Shown: positions 1-10,676 of the stretch, piece after piece
Layout: each line of letters opens with the position of its first letter
How positions within the stretch are numbered: position 1 is the first letter of the stretch
From: an uncultured Ohtaekwangia sp.
GTDB taxonomy: Bacteria; Bacteroidota; Bacteroidia; Cytophagales; Cyclobacteriaceae
Length of the DNA stretch: 64,000 nucleotides
Reading direction: 5' to 3'
Assembly: GCA_964349405.1 (NCBI GenBank)
Contig: CAYGGY010000003.1
Coordinates: forward strand, 63,908 to 127,907
Notes under the pieces: generated by a model
What the model was told of the DNA's origin: nothing
The model's database searches: none
The model's input: only the letters and a program-made list of their open reading frames with translations
Made by a program: the position numbers and the translations under genes

Positions 1-3000
1 AACTCCATCGCACGTTGTATGACCGGTTGAATACAAAGAATTTTTGAAAGTTAGGTAAAGCGCTCCCCGCATCTTTAACGGCATTACGATAGATCATCTT
101 ACTAAAAGATCGATCTAAATCTCCGCGGATGGAAATATTCGCGGGCATGGGATTGAAATTGAAATCTTTAATCAGTTTTAAGGCAGGCGATGACAATGCC
201 TTTGAATCTTTGAAAGGCTCAAAGCCTTTAAACTTAGGCGAATATTGCCAGGCAACGGCACCTTTATAATTTCGTCTGGTGTTTTCCTGTAAATTGAAAT
301 TAGTTTGTGTTGCTTCGCTGAAGGCATAGGTGAATGAAAAATTCTCGACATCGTAAATATGCGCTTTGGCATCTTTATTTAGTTTCACTTTTCGCACGTT
401 GGCAAAATTCAAACTTCGTCTTACGGATTGATCCTGTATGACCTTCAAATACGACTCTCGTTCTGCGTCTGTGTTGAACGATTTTAAGGCAGCTGCAAGG
501 CGCATGTCCGGATTAGCCGGATCGAAGTTGGGGTTGATGGTTGTGTTTTCATAACTGATGAACATTGGTATCTTCAATCCTGTCCATTGTGGAAGTAACT
601 TATCCACGTTGATGTTGGCCGAAACATCATACGAAGTAGTTTCACCGCGCGCGCGTTCAGATATTTTTGATTGAACATTACCATATCCAAAACTAATATG
701 CCGCAACGAACCAGTAACCGTACCTAAGTCGGCCAGTTTTGTGTTCAACACGACATTGGTAGCCCAACCGGCAGTGCGATCAAAATCAGTAAGACGCAAT
801 TCATTTGCCCATACGCACACATCAAATACTTTGGCATCTGCGCTGCGTGGATTACGCACGCCAATCATCATCATGCGCACCTGGCTAAGATCAGGTCTTC
901 CTAATATTCTTATTCCGTGTTTGCCCACTTCTTTCGGTCCTGCCTGCGGATATAAAATACCTAAGTTATATCCATCACGATCACGTTGTGATTTTAACGC
1001 GTAGAGTTCATTCAAGTCTAAATCGATTTGATTTTCATCTGGCCAGATGATGGATATATCGCGGCCATTGTCACCGGGCGGAGTGATCTTAAGGGGCAGC
1101 TCAATTTCGTAATAGTTTTCATCAAAGTCAGTACCTAAACGAACAAAGGCCGTAAGCTGACCATCTTGTAAATTATTTTTCAGGTTGGTACTGTGAGCGC
1201 TCAAAAACATTTTGATGCGACCATAGTTGAAAAAATCCATTGACACGTTTTTAAAAATAGAACGCGCATCACCATCCGGCAATTCCTGAACACAAAGTTG
1301 TACGGACTGTTCATTTAATCTTCGTTGCACTACCGAAGTGTTATCGCGATCACGTCTGAGTGGTTCTACATAAGCTGGCTTTACATTATTTCCTTTCCCG
1401 TTTTCTTCTACGTTTACAACAGACACGGCAAAGTTATCGAGGTTGGGTTCAATGGGTTCGCCAAAACGTGACTCTTGCAGGTTGCCGGTGTAGCGCCTCC
1501 AACGGTTGCCAACGGCACGAAATTTTGCCATGCGCAACACCACAGGTTGAGTAAATCCGGTTAGGTACATGCGTGCGTATCGAATGGATTTAAATCCTTC
1601 CAGGTTGCCGACCTTCTCATCAAATTGCCTTACAGGAATACGGAAAAGATACCAGGTGGCATCCGGGTTTTTTTCCGATGAGATGGCATCAACGATATAC
1701 TTGTTCCCTACTTTTAATGTATTAGGAGTTAATTCAATGTTATAGGAATAATATTCCTCCAGATCACTTAACGTATTATCCTGATTAAGATCTTCATTGT
1801 CTGGAATGGTAGTGCCTGACCTTGGATAGAGTTCGTTTCCCGTGAGCACCGGAGTGTTGTTCTCCAGTCCATTCCAATTTTTATAGCGCTCAAGAATCTT
1901 GGCGTTTTTTTGGTCAAATTCATCGCTTAAAAAATATCGAAAATCATCCGCAGACGGATCTTGCAAAGCAATCGTTTGTGCAGATGGGTTGGTGATCTTA
2001 TTTAAGAAATCATCCCTAAACTTGTCTGCTTCTTTTATGTTTCCAACACCATCCAACCCGACATCCTGGTTTGGTCTTGAATTAGTATTATTGTCAAATG
2101 CATTATTGAGGTATTGTTGATTAGTCACATAACCCCAATTGTTTTCTGTCACTTTTCCGGATGTTAGGTCTCCATCGGTGGGCAACCCATTTTCAAACGC
2201 ATGCTTGCCATCACGCATCAGGTCTTCTGATAAACTTCCTAAATGAAAAATTACTTTGCCACCCGTAGTATTCACTTTTGGTGTTGTTCTTCCATCGTTG
2301 ACTACACCGCGTTCATTATTGATGAAGGGATCCAGCAACCAAAATTCCAGGTACTCCACGTTGGCTTTGTCAAAATCCACTTCAGTGCGAATGGCCGTGG
2401 TGATTCCTCCCCAGTTACTGGCAGGGTCTTTTAATGTTCCGTCTGCGTTTAAGTCGAAGTTATAATTGTAGGGGCCGCGCTCAGCAGGGTAATAAGCAAC
2501 ATCAAAAATCTGTTCGAAAAAATTTCCAACAAAAGGATCGAAGTAGGGGAAAATTTCTTTGGGAGGCACTGGCCTAACGTAATGGTTCTCCAAGTCTTTA
2601 TCATCAATATTTTTTGGTTTGAGTCTTCCACCTGTTCGGTAAAAGAGATTATCTACGGTATACCAGGCTAATTTGGCTCTTTTGTAACCAGCACGTATAT
2701 CGTTAGGTGCGCCCAGGCTTTGATCAAAACGATTGTCATTTGTTTTTGGGGTGGTTGAAAGTTTCCAGGAGGCCGGAGTCAGTAAACTATAAGGGGTGGC
2801 TGTGTTTTCAAAGTCATCAATAAACGAAGTGCCATCGCCACCAACAATGTTTGACGTGCCTGGCAATAGCTGGGCAAACTCTGCATTGAGGGTAATGGTA
2901 GATTGTTCTTTGGTTTGTAAAAACGGAAGAGCGTCCACCACTTTGGTGAGTATGCGTGAATTTTTTCTCATGTTAAAATCCAATCCGTATTGCAGATTTC

Positions 3001-5350
3001 TGGCAGGCTCTGTGCCAATAAGATTACGGCTGATGAGAGGACGCTCGTTATAATAGAGCAGCGTAGATCCTATGTTGATATCATCATTAAGTTTGTAATC
3101 CAGTCGGGTACCTAACAAAGATCGTGTTTGAAAAGCAAAAGGGTCTTGCTGTTCATACGTAATCTCAAGGTCTTTGCCAGAACTGAGAATGCCTTCATTT
3201 AAAATGGTGACTTTACCAAACGTATAATCAACGGTATAGTCGGTTCCTTCGCGCAACGGAGAACCACCGGCATATACCTTCACGGAGCCCTGTGAAATAT
3301 TAAATCCTTGTATAATAATATCTTTTCCTGAGCCTGCTTTGAAAGAACCTGTCAGGTAGAATTTGTTTTTTGTGGCAAATAATTCGGCTTCGGCTTTGGT
3401 TGTGTGATAAAGCGTGTCATAGACATATTTGTTGATCAATTGATCACGTATAGTAGGGTTGGTTTCTTTAGCAAAAAGATTTCGAAGCGCTTTGTTAAAT
3501 GGCTCGAGGTAAGGAAAGATGATTAATCCGGTTTCGGTGTTCACCGTTATTTTTTCTACAAAGTCAAAGTTGCCATCCGGTTGCGGGTCGTTATAGGGAT
3601 TAAGTCTATCAAGTCCAAGTACTTGAATTAGCTGTTGGGTGCGTGCATAATCTCCTTCCTGCAATTGTGGATTATCAATACCGGTGCGGTCATCACGATA
3701 GATTACACGAAGCTGAAATCCTTCGCGGGTGAGTTGACTTACATTAAGGTTATAGATGTTTTTCATCATCAGGTTCCAGGTAGGAATGATTTTCCCTTGC
3801 TGGTCTTTGAGACTGATTTTGCGAGGGCGCAGCATTTTCAAATAGACGACTTCGTTTTCGGGCTTGTTGGAATAATCTTCCGTAAGCTCACCCACTTTAT
3901 ACACTCTTCCATTGAAGGTATATTCAAATGCGATGGCGAGCGCTTCGTCATTTTGCAACTTGCGCTGAAGCGTGAGATAGCCTAGTTCTTTATGAAAAGA
4001 AAATTCGGTAGGCGATAATTTTCTGGCGCTGGTAATTTTTTCGAAGTCGGTACCATTTACTAACCCAAGTCCTTCCAGTGCCTGATTTATTCCATCCGAG
4101 TTAGCCGAAATACCTCCCAATTTATCAAACAAGTTGTTGGCTGTATTGCCGGTAGGCGAGCGTGGTGCAACCGTAGAAGTTAAAATATCTTTGCGATAAA
4201 TCTTATCGGACTCACCCATGTCCATAAAGCCAACAACATTGCGTAGGGTTTGCGTATCGTTCTGGCGATTGAGCAGGTATACTTCTACGCGGGTAACGTT
4301 AACACCGGAAGTAATTTGTGGCAACGTACCTAACCACGCCTCAAAATTATCGCGAAAAAATTGTCCTAAAAAGAAGTGACGGTTTTCATCATAGTTTGAG
4401 CCTACGATTTCAAAGGGCCTACCTTGTGCGGCTCCGTTGGTACTACCGGCTACTTTGATAGATGATTGCTTGCCACGTTGTGTAGTGGCGATGGTAGTTA
4501 CAAACAATTTCCCAAACTGCATTTGGGCTTTGATACCAAAAAGATTTTGTGATCCTGTGATTAAGCTGTTGTTTAATGGCAAACTCACATTACCCACTTC
4601 GAGTTTCTTGAGAATGTCTTCTTTGAATCCGGAGTATTCCACTTTCATATTGTTTTGAAAGTCGAATGAATTGTTGTTATCAAAGTTGGTGGTTACCGAT
4701 AATTTCTCGCCCACTTTTCCAACTACGCTCAGGTTTATTTGCTGGTCGAATTCAAAGCCTCCGTTTCGCTGCTGGCGTATAGGTATGGATGGGTTTTCAA
4801 TTTTTTGGAATTGACCACCAAAATCCAGATTCACAAACCCTCGCGGAATCAATTCTACATAGCTGCCCCCGAAGATGCGGTCCAACACCGGACTGATATA
4901 AATTTTGGGTATCAGGTTCCTGCTGCTTACGGCACTTTCTCCGTCCAGTGCTTTGCTGCGACTTTGCCAATAACTGCGTTTGATAATTCTGTCTTGTTGC
5001 TGACTAAACTCATCAAAGGACATGCTGGAGTTGGGTCTATAATACACCCCACCGATCTTTTCTGAGATGCTATAATTTCTGCCAGAGTCAATACTGACCT
5101 CAGTGGTAATGCTTTTAGGGTCTTTAAGGTATAGGGGTGAATAGGTGGTGTAATTTGAAAACGGATCACCATATCGGTCGCGTAGGCGGAATGAGGGCCT
5201 GTAAGGATTGAAGATTAAAGTTTTGGTGGTATCAACCTTGGCGCGCACAGTATCACGCTGCTGCCCTAAGGCTGCAGGAGCGGACCAGCCTGTTGTCAGG
5301 CAAATAACCAGTCCGAGGATGAACTGAATCTTCCGGTTAGATCTACTCAA
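1..5350 (-). CDS. sprA: T9SS outer-membrane translocon SprA/Sov, 5' part (about 1783 codons); continues beyond the left edge of the window
   Basis: Not in the ORF track because there is no stop in the window. Manual translation from TTG at 5350 gives a signal peptide (MSRSNRKIQFILGLVICLTTGWSAPAALG), then SprA-like segments FDQQINLSVVGKVGEKL, NLFGIKAQMQFGKL and DVAYYPAERGPYNY (~2465-2510). The frame was spot-checked at the start, middle and left edge and is the same. It follows ruvA, as is usual in Bacteroidota. Confidence 0.93.
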   Translation of the reverse strand, partial: MSRSNRKIQFILGLVICLTTGWSAPAALGQQRDTVRAKVDTTKTLIFNPYRPSFRLRDRYGDPFSNYTTYSPLYLKDPKSITTEVSIDSGRNYSISEKIGGVYYRPNSSMSFDEFSQQQDRIIKRSYWQSRSKALDGESAVSSRNLIPKIYISPVLDRIFGGSYVELIPRGFVNLDFGGQFQKIENPSIPIRQQRNGGFEFDQQINLSVVGKVGEKLSVTTNFDNNNSFDFQNNMKVEYSGFKEDILKKLEVGNVSLPLNNSLITGSQNLFGIKAQMQFGKLFVTTIATTQRGKQSSIKVAGSTNGAAQGRPFEIVGSNYDENRHFFLGQFFRDNFEAWLGTLPQITSGVNVTRVEVYLLNRQNDTQTLRNVVGFMDMGESDKIYRKDILTSTVAPRSPTGNTANNLFDKLGGISANSDGINQALEGLGLVNGTDFEKITSARKLSPTEFSFHKELGYLTLQRKLQNDEALAIAFEYTFNGRVYKVGELTEDYSNKPENEVVYLKMLRPRKISLKDQQGKIIPTWNLMMKNIYNLNVSQLTREGFQLRVIYRDDRTGIDNPQLQEGDYARTQQLIQVLGLDRLNPYNDPQPDGNFDFVEKITVNTETGLIIFPYLEPFNKALRNLFAKETNPTIRDQLINKYVYDTLYHTTKAEAELFATKNKFYLTGSFKAGSGKDIIIQGFNISQGSVKVYAGGSPLREGTDYTVDYTFGKVTILNEGILSSGKDLEITYEQQDPFAFQTRSLLGTRLDYKLNDDINIGSTLLYYNERPLISRNLIGTEPARNLQYGLDFNMRKNSRILTKVVDALPFLQTKEQSTITLNAEFAQLLPGTSNIVGGDGTSFIDDFENTATPYSLLTPASWKLSTTPKTNDNRFDQSLGAPNDIRAGYKRAKLAWYTVDNLFYRTGGRLKPKNIDDKDLENHYVRPVPPKEIFPYFDPFVGNFFEQIFDVAYYPAERGPYNYNFDLNADGTLKDPASNWGGITTAIRTEVDFDKANVEYLEFWLLDPFINNERGVVNDGRTTPKVNTTGGKVIFHLGSLSEDLMRDGKHAFENGLPTDGDLTSGKVTENNWGYVTNQQYLNNAFDNNTNSRPNQDVGLDGVGNIKEADKFRDDFLNKITNPSAQTIALQDPSADDFRYFLSDEFDQKNAKILERYKNWNGLENNTPVLTGNELYPRSGTTIPDNEDLNQDNTLSDLEEYYSYNIELTPNTLKVGNKYIVDAISSEKNPDATWYLFRIPVRQFDEKVGNLEGFKSIRYARMYLTGFTQPVVLRMAKFRAVGNRWRRYTGNLQESRFGEPIEPNLDNFAVSVVNVEENGKGNNVKPAYVEPLRRDRDNTSVVQRRLNEQSVQLCVQELPDGDARSIFKNVSMDFFNYGRIKMFLSAHSTNLKNNLQDGQLTAFVRLGTDFDENYYEIELPLKITPPGDNGRDISIIWPDENQIDLDLNELYALKSQRDRDGYNLGILYPQAGPKEVGKHGIRILGRPDLSQVRMMMIGVRNPRSADAKVFDVCVWANELRLTDFDRTAGWATNVVLNTKLADLGTVTGSLRHISFGYGNVQSKISERARGETTSYDVSANINVDKLLPQWTGLKIPMFISYENTTINPNFDPANPDMRLAAALKSFNTDAERESYLKVIQDQSVRRSLNFANVRKVKLNKDAKAHIYDVENFSFTYAFSEATQTNFNLQENTRRNYKGAVAWQYSPKFKGFEPFKDSKALSSPALKLIKDFNFNPMPANISIRGDLDRSFSKMIYRNAVKDAGSALPNFQKFFVFNRSYNVRWS

Positions 5351-5357
5351 TCGTGGT

Positions 5358-5948
5358 TCAGGCGTTTTTTAGTGCTTGTTTCACCAGCTCTTCCAAACTT
5401 ATTGATGCTCCCAATCTTTTAAGGATGGTATCGATACTTTTTTCAGCTGCCGGTTTGGTTATACCAAGCGTTACTAAAGCAGTTAACGCTTCGTGCCGCG
5501 TGGTATTGTGTACCATTCCGGGTTTACCTGGCTCTTCGTCACCCAAGTCTCTTCGAAGTTTATCCTTCAATTCGAGAATAATACGCTGTGCAGTTTTGCC
5601 TCCAATTCCTTTCACGGCCTGTAAGGCGGTGACATTTTCGCCTACAATAGCCGATCGTAAATCGGGTGGAGGCAGGTAGGAGAGTACAACCAGTGCGGTA
5701 TTAGGCCCAACACCGTTCACGGAGATCAGGTACATAAACATTTTTTTTTCAGCCTCCGTGGCAAAGCCATAGAGCACATGGGCATCTTCGCGCACGTGCA
5801 TATAGGTGAAAACTTTAAGGTCTTCACGATCTTTAATTTCTGAAAAAGTATGAAGGGAAATACTCACCTGATAGCCCACTCCATTCACTTCTAACTGAAT
5901 AAATGTTGGCTCTTTATGGACGAGCTTTCCTTTTAAATAAGCGATCAT
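5358..5948 (-). CDS. ruvA: Holliday junction branch migration protein RuvA
   Basis: MIAYLKGKL N-terminus, VNGVGY, HVREDA, HhH motifs SVNGVGP and VKGIGGKTAQRIILEL, C-terminal ALVTLG helical domain. Confidence 0.97.
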   Translation of the reverse strand: MIAYLKGKLVHKEPTFIQLEVNGVGYQVSISLHTFSEIKDREDLKVFTYMHVREDAHVLYGFATEAEKKMFMYLISVNGVGPNTALVVLSYLPPPDLRSAIVGENVTALQAVKGIGGKTAQRIILELKDKLRRDLGDEEPGKPGMVHNTTRHEALTALVTLGITKPAAEKSIDTILKRLGASISLEELVKQALKNA

Positions 5949-6160
5949 TAAAAGCTAAAAAAATTAAAATGCAGTTTACGAGGATTTGGGCATGGAAACA
6001 AGGGTTTATCATATTGTGTCGAGTCCATTCCATATCGTATAAAAACAGGTAACTGAACTTGTTTGGCAGGTAGCTTGCTCGAATATTTTTATTGATACTT
6101 TAATTCCAATCTACCACAAGACCAAAGTATCTTGCCTTAAAATTTACAGATATGTGGGGA

Positions 6161-7168
6161 ATGTCATTATCGAAAAATCTGGCCATTGACTTCGGTAACA
6201 ATAACACATTGCTTACCGACCAATCATCTATTCTTTTGTCGCAACCCTCATTTATGGTGATCAATGAAGTCAATAATAAAATAGAGGCGGTAGGTGATAA
6301 GGCCTACGCGATGATGGAGAAGACCCACTCTCATCTTAAGCCAATAAAACCGTTGAAGGGAGGCGTGATTTCAGATGGGGAGTCCGCCAAAACATTGTTG
6401 AAAGAGTTGGTGGACAGTGTGGACAAGCCTTCTTTGCTGGGTCGAAAATATAATTATCTCTTATCGGGCATTCCATATGACACCACCCAGGTAGAGAAGC
6501 GGGCATTGCGAGATGCACTGGATCAGTTCTCGGCAAAAAATACTTTTTTGGTTCATGAACCTTTGGCAGCGGCATTGGGCATGAATCTGAATATACAGGA
6601 ACCTGAGGGTAAGTTGATTGTAGATATTGGTGGAGGCATTACTGAAGTAGTTGTTATTTCTCTTTCGGGGATTGCGGCCTTCCGGTCGTTGCGCATAGCC
6701 GGGGATGCACTGGATGAAGAAATTCAGGATTATTTCCGTAGAGAATACAACATGTCCATTGGATTGAAAACCGCAGAAGCGGTCAAGAAAAAAATCGGAT
6801 GCGTTTTTTCACCGGTGGCTACAAACGAGACTGTTATGGTGAAGGGCAAAGATCTGATGGAGGGCATTCCGGTGAGCAGGCCTATCTCCCAGCAAGAGTT
6901 GACGAAAGTGCTGGAAAGACCTTTTAAGCAAATAGAAGAGTGCATTCTTCAATCGCTTGAAGTGTGTCCTCCTGAATTATCATCTGATATCTATCAATCC
7001 GGAATATTTGTGACCGGGGGCAATGCACAACTGAAAGGGGTGAAGGAACGATTCTACAAAATTTTTAAACTCCAGGTAAATATTGATCCTCAATCACTTT
7101 TATCCGTGAGCAAGGGCATTGGTCAAATCCTTTCTTCTCCCACAAAATATAAATCCATCCTGCTGTGA
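6161..7168 (+). CDS. Stand-alone, divergent MreB/Mbl-like actin-fold ATPase (second MreB paralogue); alternative start 6152
   Basis: Actin-fold motifs AIDFGNNNT, PLKGGVISD, HEPLAAALG, VDIGGGITE, VTGGNAQL; 335-338 aa. Confidence 0.85.
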   Translation: MSLSKNLAIDFGNNNTLLTDQSSILLSQPSFMVINEVNNKIEAVGDKAYAMMEKTHSHLKPIKPLKGGVISDGESAKTLLKELVDSVDKPSLLGRKYNYLLSGIPYDTTQVEKRALRDALDQFSAKNTFLVHEPLAAALGMNLNIQEPEGKLIVDIGGGITEVVVISLSGIAAFRSLRIAGDALDEEIQDYFRREYNMSIGLKTAEAVKKKIGCVFSPVATNETVMVKGKDLMEGIPVSRPISQQELTKVLERPFKQIEECILQSLEVCPPELSSDIYQSGIFVTGGNAQLKGVKERFYKIFKLQVNIDPQSLLSVSKGIGQILSSPTKYKSILL

Positions 7169-7198
7169 ATGGAAACCACCTGTAAGGAATAATAATAT

Positions 7199-9478
7199 TT
7201 AAAGGTGATCATTCTTTTCATGCAACTGCGCATCCACCACGGCAATGGCTGCCATGTTGATAATTTCCCGTATTGAACTACCGAGTTGAAGTATGTGTAC
7301 AGGCTTTTTCATTCCCAATAAAATGGGCCCAATTGCTTCTGCACCACCAATTTCCATCAATAATTTATACGCGATATTGGCAGAAGCCAGATTTGGAAAA
7401 ATCAACGTATTGGCTCCTTTTTCAGCCAGCGCACTAAATGGATAAATCTCTTTTTGAAGATCTGTGTCAAAAGCCACATTGGCTTGAATTTCTCCATCCA
7501 AAATCAAGTCAGGGTATTTTTCTTTAGCCAATTTCACAGCATTGCCTGTTTTGGTAGGAACCTCTCCTTTACTGGATCCGAAATTGGAGTAGGAAAGAAC
7601 CGCAACCCTTGGTTCCATGTCGAAAAATTTAACGCCTCGTCCGGCCAACCCAATAATTTCAACCAACTCCTCGGTGGTAGGATCTTGATTGATGGTACAA
7701 TCTGCAAAAAAGAAGACTCCTTTTTTGTTCATGATGATATACATTCCAGCAACCCGATTTACTCCTTCAGCCATGCCAATGATTTGCAATGATGGTAAAA
7801 TGGTTTTAGGGTAATCTTTGGTGAGACCGGAAATCAATGCATCGGCTTCACCAAATTCAACCATCATAGCACCGAAAGCATTACGATCGCGCATGACTCT
7901 TTCCGCATCTTTTAGTGTTGTGCCTTTGCGTTGTCTTTTTTCATGATATGCTTTCGCGTAGCGTGCCGTGAGTTCCTTTTCTTCGCGAGGATCTATAATT
8001 TTACATTCACTTAGCTCAAGGCTATGTTCATGACAAAGCCTTAAAATCTCCTCACGGTTTCCCAATAAAATAGGATGGGCAATTTTCTCGTCTTGCAACA
8101 CTTGCGCAGCTTTGAGGATTTTTATATGGTCAGCTTCAGCAAATACAATATACTTCGGTTTTTGTTTAGCAATATCAATGATCCGTGAAGTAAGTTTTTG
8201 ATCAATGCCAATGCGCTTGAGTAGTTGTTGATGATAGGCACCCCAATCGGTAATTGGGTTTTTTGCTATACCCGAATCCATCGCTGCTTTTGCTACGGCC
8301 GGTGAAACGGTGGTTATCAACCGTGGGTCTAAGGGTTTGGGAATTAAATAATCTTTTCCGAATTCAATGCGATCAATGCCATAGGCCTGAAAAACAACAT
8401 CGGGAACTGGCTCTTTGGCTAATTCCGCCAAGGCTCGCACGGCAGCGAGCTTCATGGCTTCATTAATTTCAGTAGCGCGCACATCCAAGGCGCCTCTGAA
8501 AATATAGGGGAAGCCTAATACGTTGTTAATTTGATTAGGATGATCTGAGCGCCCTGTGCCCATGATTAAATCAGGCCTTGTCTTTTTTGCAAGGTCATAG
8601 GCAATTTCGGGATTAGGATTGGCCAGCGCGAACACAATCGGATCTTTTGCCATCGCAAGAACGTCTTCAGGTGTCAAGCTATCAGCAACCGAAAGTCCCA
8701 CAAACACATCGCAACCTTTAACCGCTTCTTGTAATGTTTTTATTTTTCGGGTAGTGGCGAATTCTTTTTTACTGGCGTCTAGGTTTTCGCGCTCCATGTT
8801 GATTACACCTTTGCTATCGCACATAATCAGGTTTTCTTTTTTCAAACCCAATGCGAAATAAAGTTTAGTACATGATACGGCTGCGGCACCTGCACCATTT
8901 ACGACCAGTATAATTTCTTCAATTTTCTTCCCTACAATTTCAAGCGCACTCAATAAAGCAGCACTGGAAATAATGGCAGTACCATGCTGGTCGTCATGCA
9001 TGATGGGAATTTTCATTTTCGCGCGCAGCTCGGTTTCAATTTTAAAACACTCGGGCGCTTTTATGTCTTCCAGATTGATGCCACCAAAGGTTGGTTCCAG
9101 TGATTTTACAATTTTGATAAAAGCATCCGGATCTTCTTCATCAATCTCAATATCAAAACTATCAATGCCGGCATATTTTTTAAATAAGACTGCTTTCCCT
9201 TCCATCACAGGCTTAGATGCTTCGGGACCGATATTACCTAATCCCAACACAGCCGTGCCATTGGTAATAACAGCCACGAGGTTGCCTTTGGAGGTATATT
9301 TATAGACGTCTTCTTTGTTGGCAGCAATTTCTTTGCAAGGTTCGGCTACGCCTGGTGAATAGGCTAATGCTAAATCATGTTGTGTACTTAGCATTTTAGT
9401 CGGTACTACTTCGATCTTTCCGGGTTGTCCTTGGGTGTGATAGTTGAGGGCGTCCTGCTTACGAATTTTGGTAGACAT
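7199..9478 (-). CDS. maeB: NADP-dependent malic enzyme with C-terminal phosphotransacetylase-like domain
   Basis: LAYSPGVA, TNGTAVLGLG, GGINLEDI, HDDQHGTA, NGAGAAA, ANPNPEI, NQINNVLGFP, then a PTA-like domain (NTLIFPNLASANIAYKL). The ATG at 9478 is preferred over the ORF-track start at 9514. Confidence 0.95.
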   Translation of the reverse strand: MSTKIRKQDALNYHTQGQPGKIEVVPTKMLSTQHDLALAYSPGVAEPCKEIAANKEDVYKYTSKGNLVAVITNGTAVLGLGNIGPEASKPVMEGKAVLFKKYAGIDSFDIEIDEEDPDAFIKIVKSLEPTFGGINLEDIKAPECFKIETELRAKMKIPIMHDDQHGTAIISSAALLSALEIVGKKIEEIILVVNGAGAAAVSCTKLYFALGLKKENLIMCDSKGVINMERENLDASKKEFATTRKIKTLQEAVKGCDVFVGLSVADSLTPEDVLAMAKDPIVFALANPNPEIAYDLAKKTRPDLIMGTGRSDHPNQINNVLGFPYIFRGALDVRATEINEAMKLAAVRALAELAKEPVPDVVFQAYGIDRIEFGKDYLIPKPLDPRLITTVSPAVAKAAMDSGIAKNPITDWGAYHQQLLKRIGIDQKLTSRIIDIAKQKPKYIVFAEADHIKILKAAQVLQDEKIAHPILLGNREEILRLCHEHSLELSECKIIDPREEKELTARYAKAYHEKRQRKGTTLKDAERVMRDRNAFGAMMVEFGEADALISGLTKDYPKTILPSLQIIGMAEGVNRVAGMYIIMNKKGVFFFADCTINQDPTTEELVEIIGLAGRGVKFFDMEPRVAVLSYSNFGSSKGEVPTKTGNAVKLAKEKYPDLILDGEIQANVAFDTDLQKEIYPFSALAEKGANTLIFPNLASANIAYKLLMEIGGAEAIGPILLGMKKPVHILQLGSSIREIINMAAIAVVDAQLHEKNDHL

Positions 9479-9587
9479 GAGTACGGTTTTATTTAGATAA
9501 GGGTGATGAAGCAAGTTACAATCTAAGTAACTGGATTAATAATTTTAATCGGGAAATATCCACTGAATACGAGGATGCGTAACTGGC

Positions 9588-10676
9588 TTATTTAGCAGCA
9601 GCAGGTAACTCTGAGCTTATTCTGAAAGTATATAAAATGGCTTCCAATTCGCGCATGATTTCACGTTGGCCTTTGCCAGGGCTAAATGTAAATCCTTCGA
9701 TATAATAAATCATGCCTTGTGGCTGATCAACCAGTGTGTATGAAAGAAAAGGTCCACCCATGACAAAATTGTTGGTTCTCCAGAGTCCGCGCATTTCAAC
9801 AGCAAACTTCTTTTGAAATGAAATTTCGCGTGTAATAACGGGTTTACTGTCAACGTTTGTTTCTGTGACCAGATATGTATCGACCCGTTCGGGATCTCCG
9901 TATAAATATTTCTGGCAAATCTCATCGCGCCAGTTGATCAAGCTGTCTCTTTTAAATTGTTCTTGCGATGTATATTTTTTTCTGGCTATAAATACATCTT
10001 TATCATCTTTTGGATTAATCTGACGTATCCAAAGAAACTCTTCATTATTCATCACCAATTGATAACCAAACGGGACTTTTAGATCGCACTGAAAATCTTT
10101 TTTCAAAATCTGAGATACTCCTTTAACCTGTTTTGATTTAAAGAGTGAAGCAGTTAGTCTTTCCCGTTCTTTGTGATCAAAATAATCAATAAGTTTCTTT
10201 CCATTTTTTCGGATGTGCTGTAAGAGTTGATTTTCAGTCATACTAAAAAGATAAAGCACTTCCTGTCCTTTGGCGAAAACGTCTTCCGAGTTTTGACTAA
10301 AAAAATCGGGGTTGGCCTTGATTTGATCCAGTGATTCTTTCGTAAAAAGTCTTTTCACTATGCTGGCACCAGCTGCTCGCTGATCAAGAGAAACAGCAAA
10401 GATTAAGTTTCTTCTTTGCTTCAATACAAAATTGAGCTTGCGTGGGTCTATCCACTTTAAATTGTAAATCGGTTCAGGTCTTGGCAGCACTTCCATTTCA
10501 GCACTAAAAAGCGAGTCAATCACCCTTCCAAGAGGTCCTTTCCATTGGGTAGAATCCATGATAAGGAATATATCGCCTGATAATCCAGATGAAGGAGGGA
10601 GGTTAGTTTCTTTAGAATCTGAGCAGCCACTCAGTATAAAGATTGACAGAAAAAGTGAGCTGAAAATATATTTCAT
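9588..10676 (-). CDS. DUF4837-family lipoprotein
   Basis: Lipobox ILSGC; C-terminal EMRGLWR...GGPFLSY...EGFTFSPG...RELEAI pattern recalled for this Bacteroidota family. Confidence 0.7.
   Translation of the reverse strand: MKYIFSSLFLSIFILSGCSDSKETNLPPSSGLSGDIFLIMDSTQWKGPLGRVIDSLFSAEMEVLPRPEPIYNLKWIDPRKLNFVLKQRRNLIFAVSLDQRAAGASIVKRLFTKESLDQIKANPDFFSQNSEDVFAKGQEVLYLFSMTENQLLQHIRKNGKKLIDYFDHKERERLTASLFKSKQVKGVSQILKKDFQCDLKVPFGYQLVMNNEEFLWIRQINPKDDKDVFIARKKYTSQEQFKRDSLINWRDEICQKYLYGDPERVDTYLVTETNVDSKPVITREISFQKKFAVEMRGLWRTNNFVMGGPFLSYTLVDQPQGMIYYIEGFTFSPGKGQREIMRELEAILYTFRISSELPAAAK

Noticed and set aside
178-5172. Many short ORFs (60-116 aa) on both strands in the first 5 kb of the ORF track
   Set aside because: All lie within or antisense to the single open sprA frame (1..5350), which the track omitted because it has no stop in the window.
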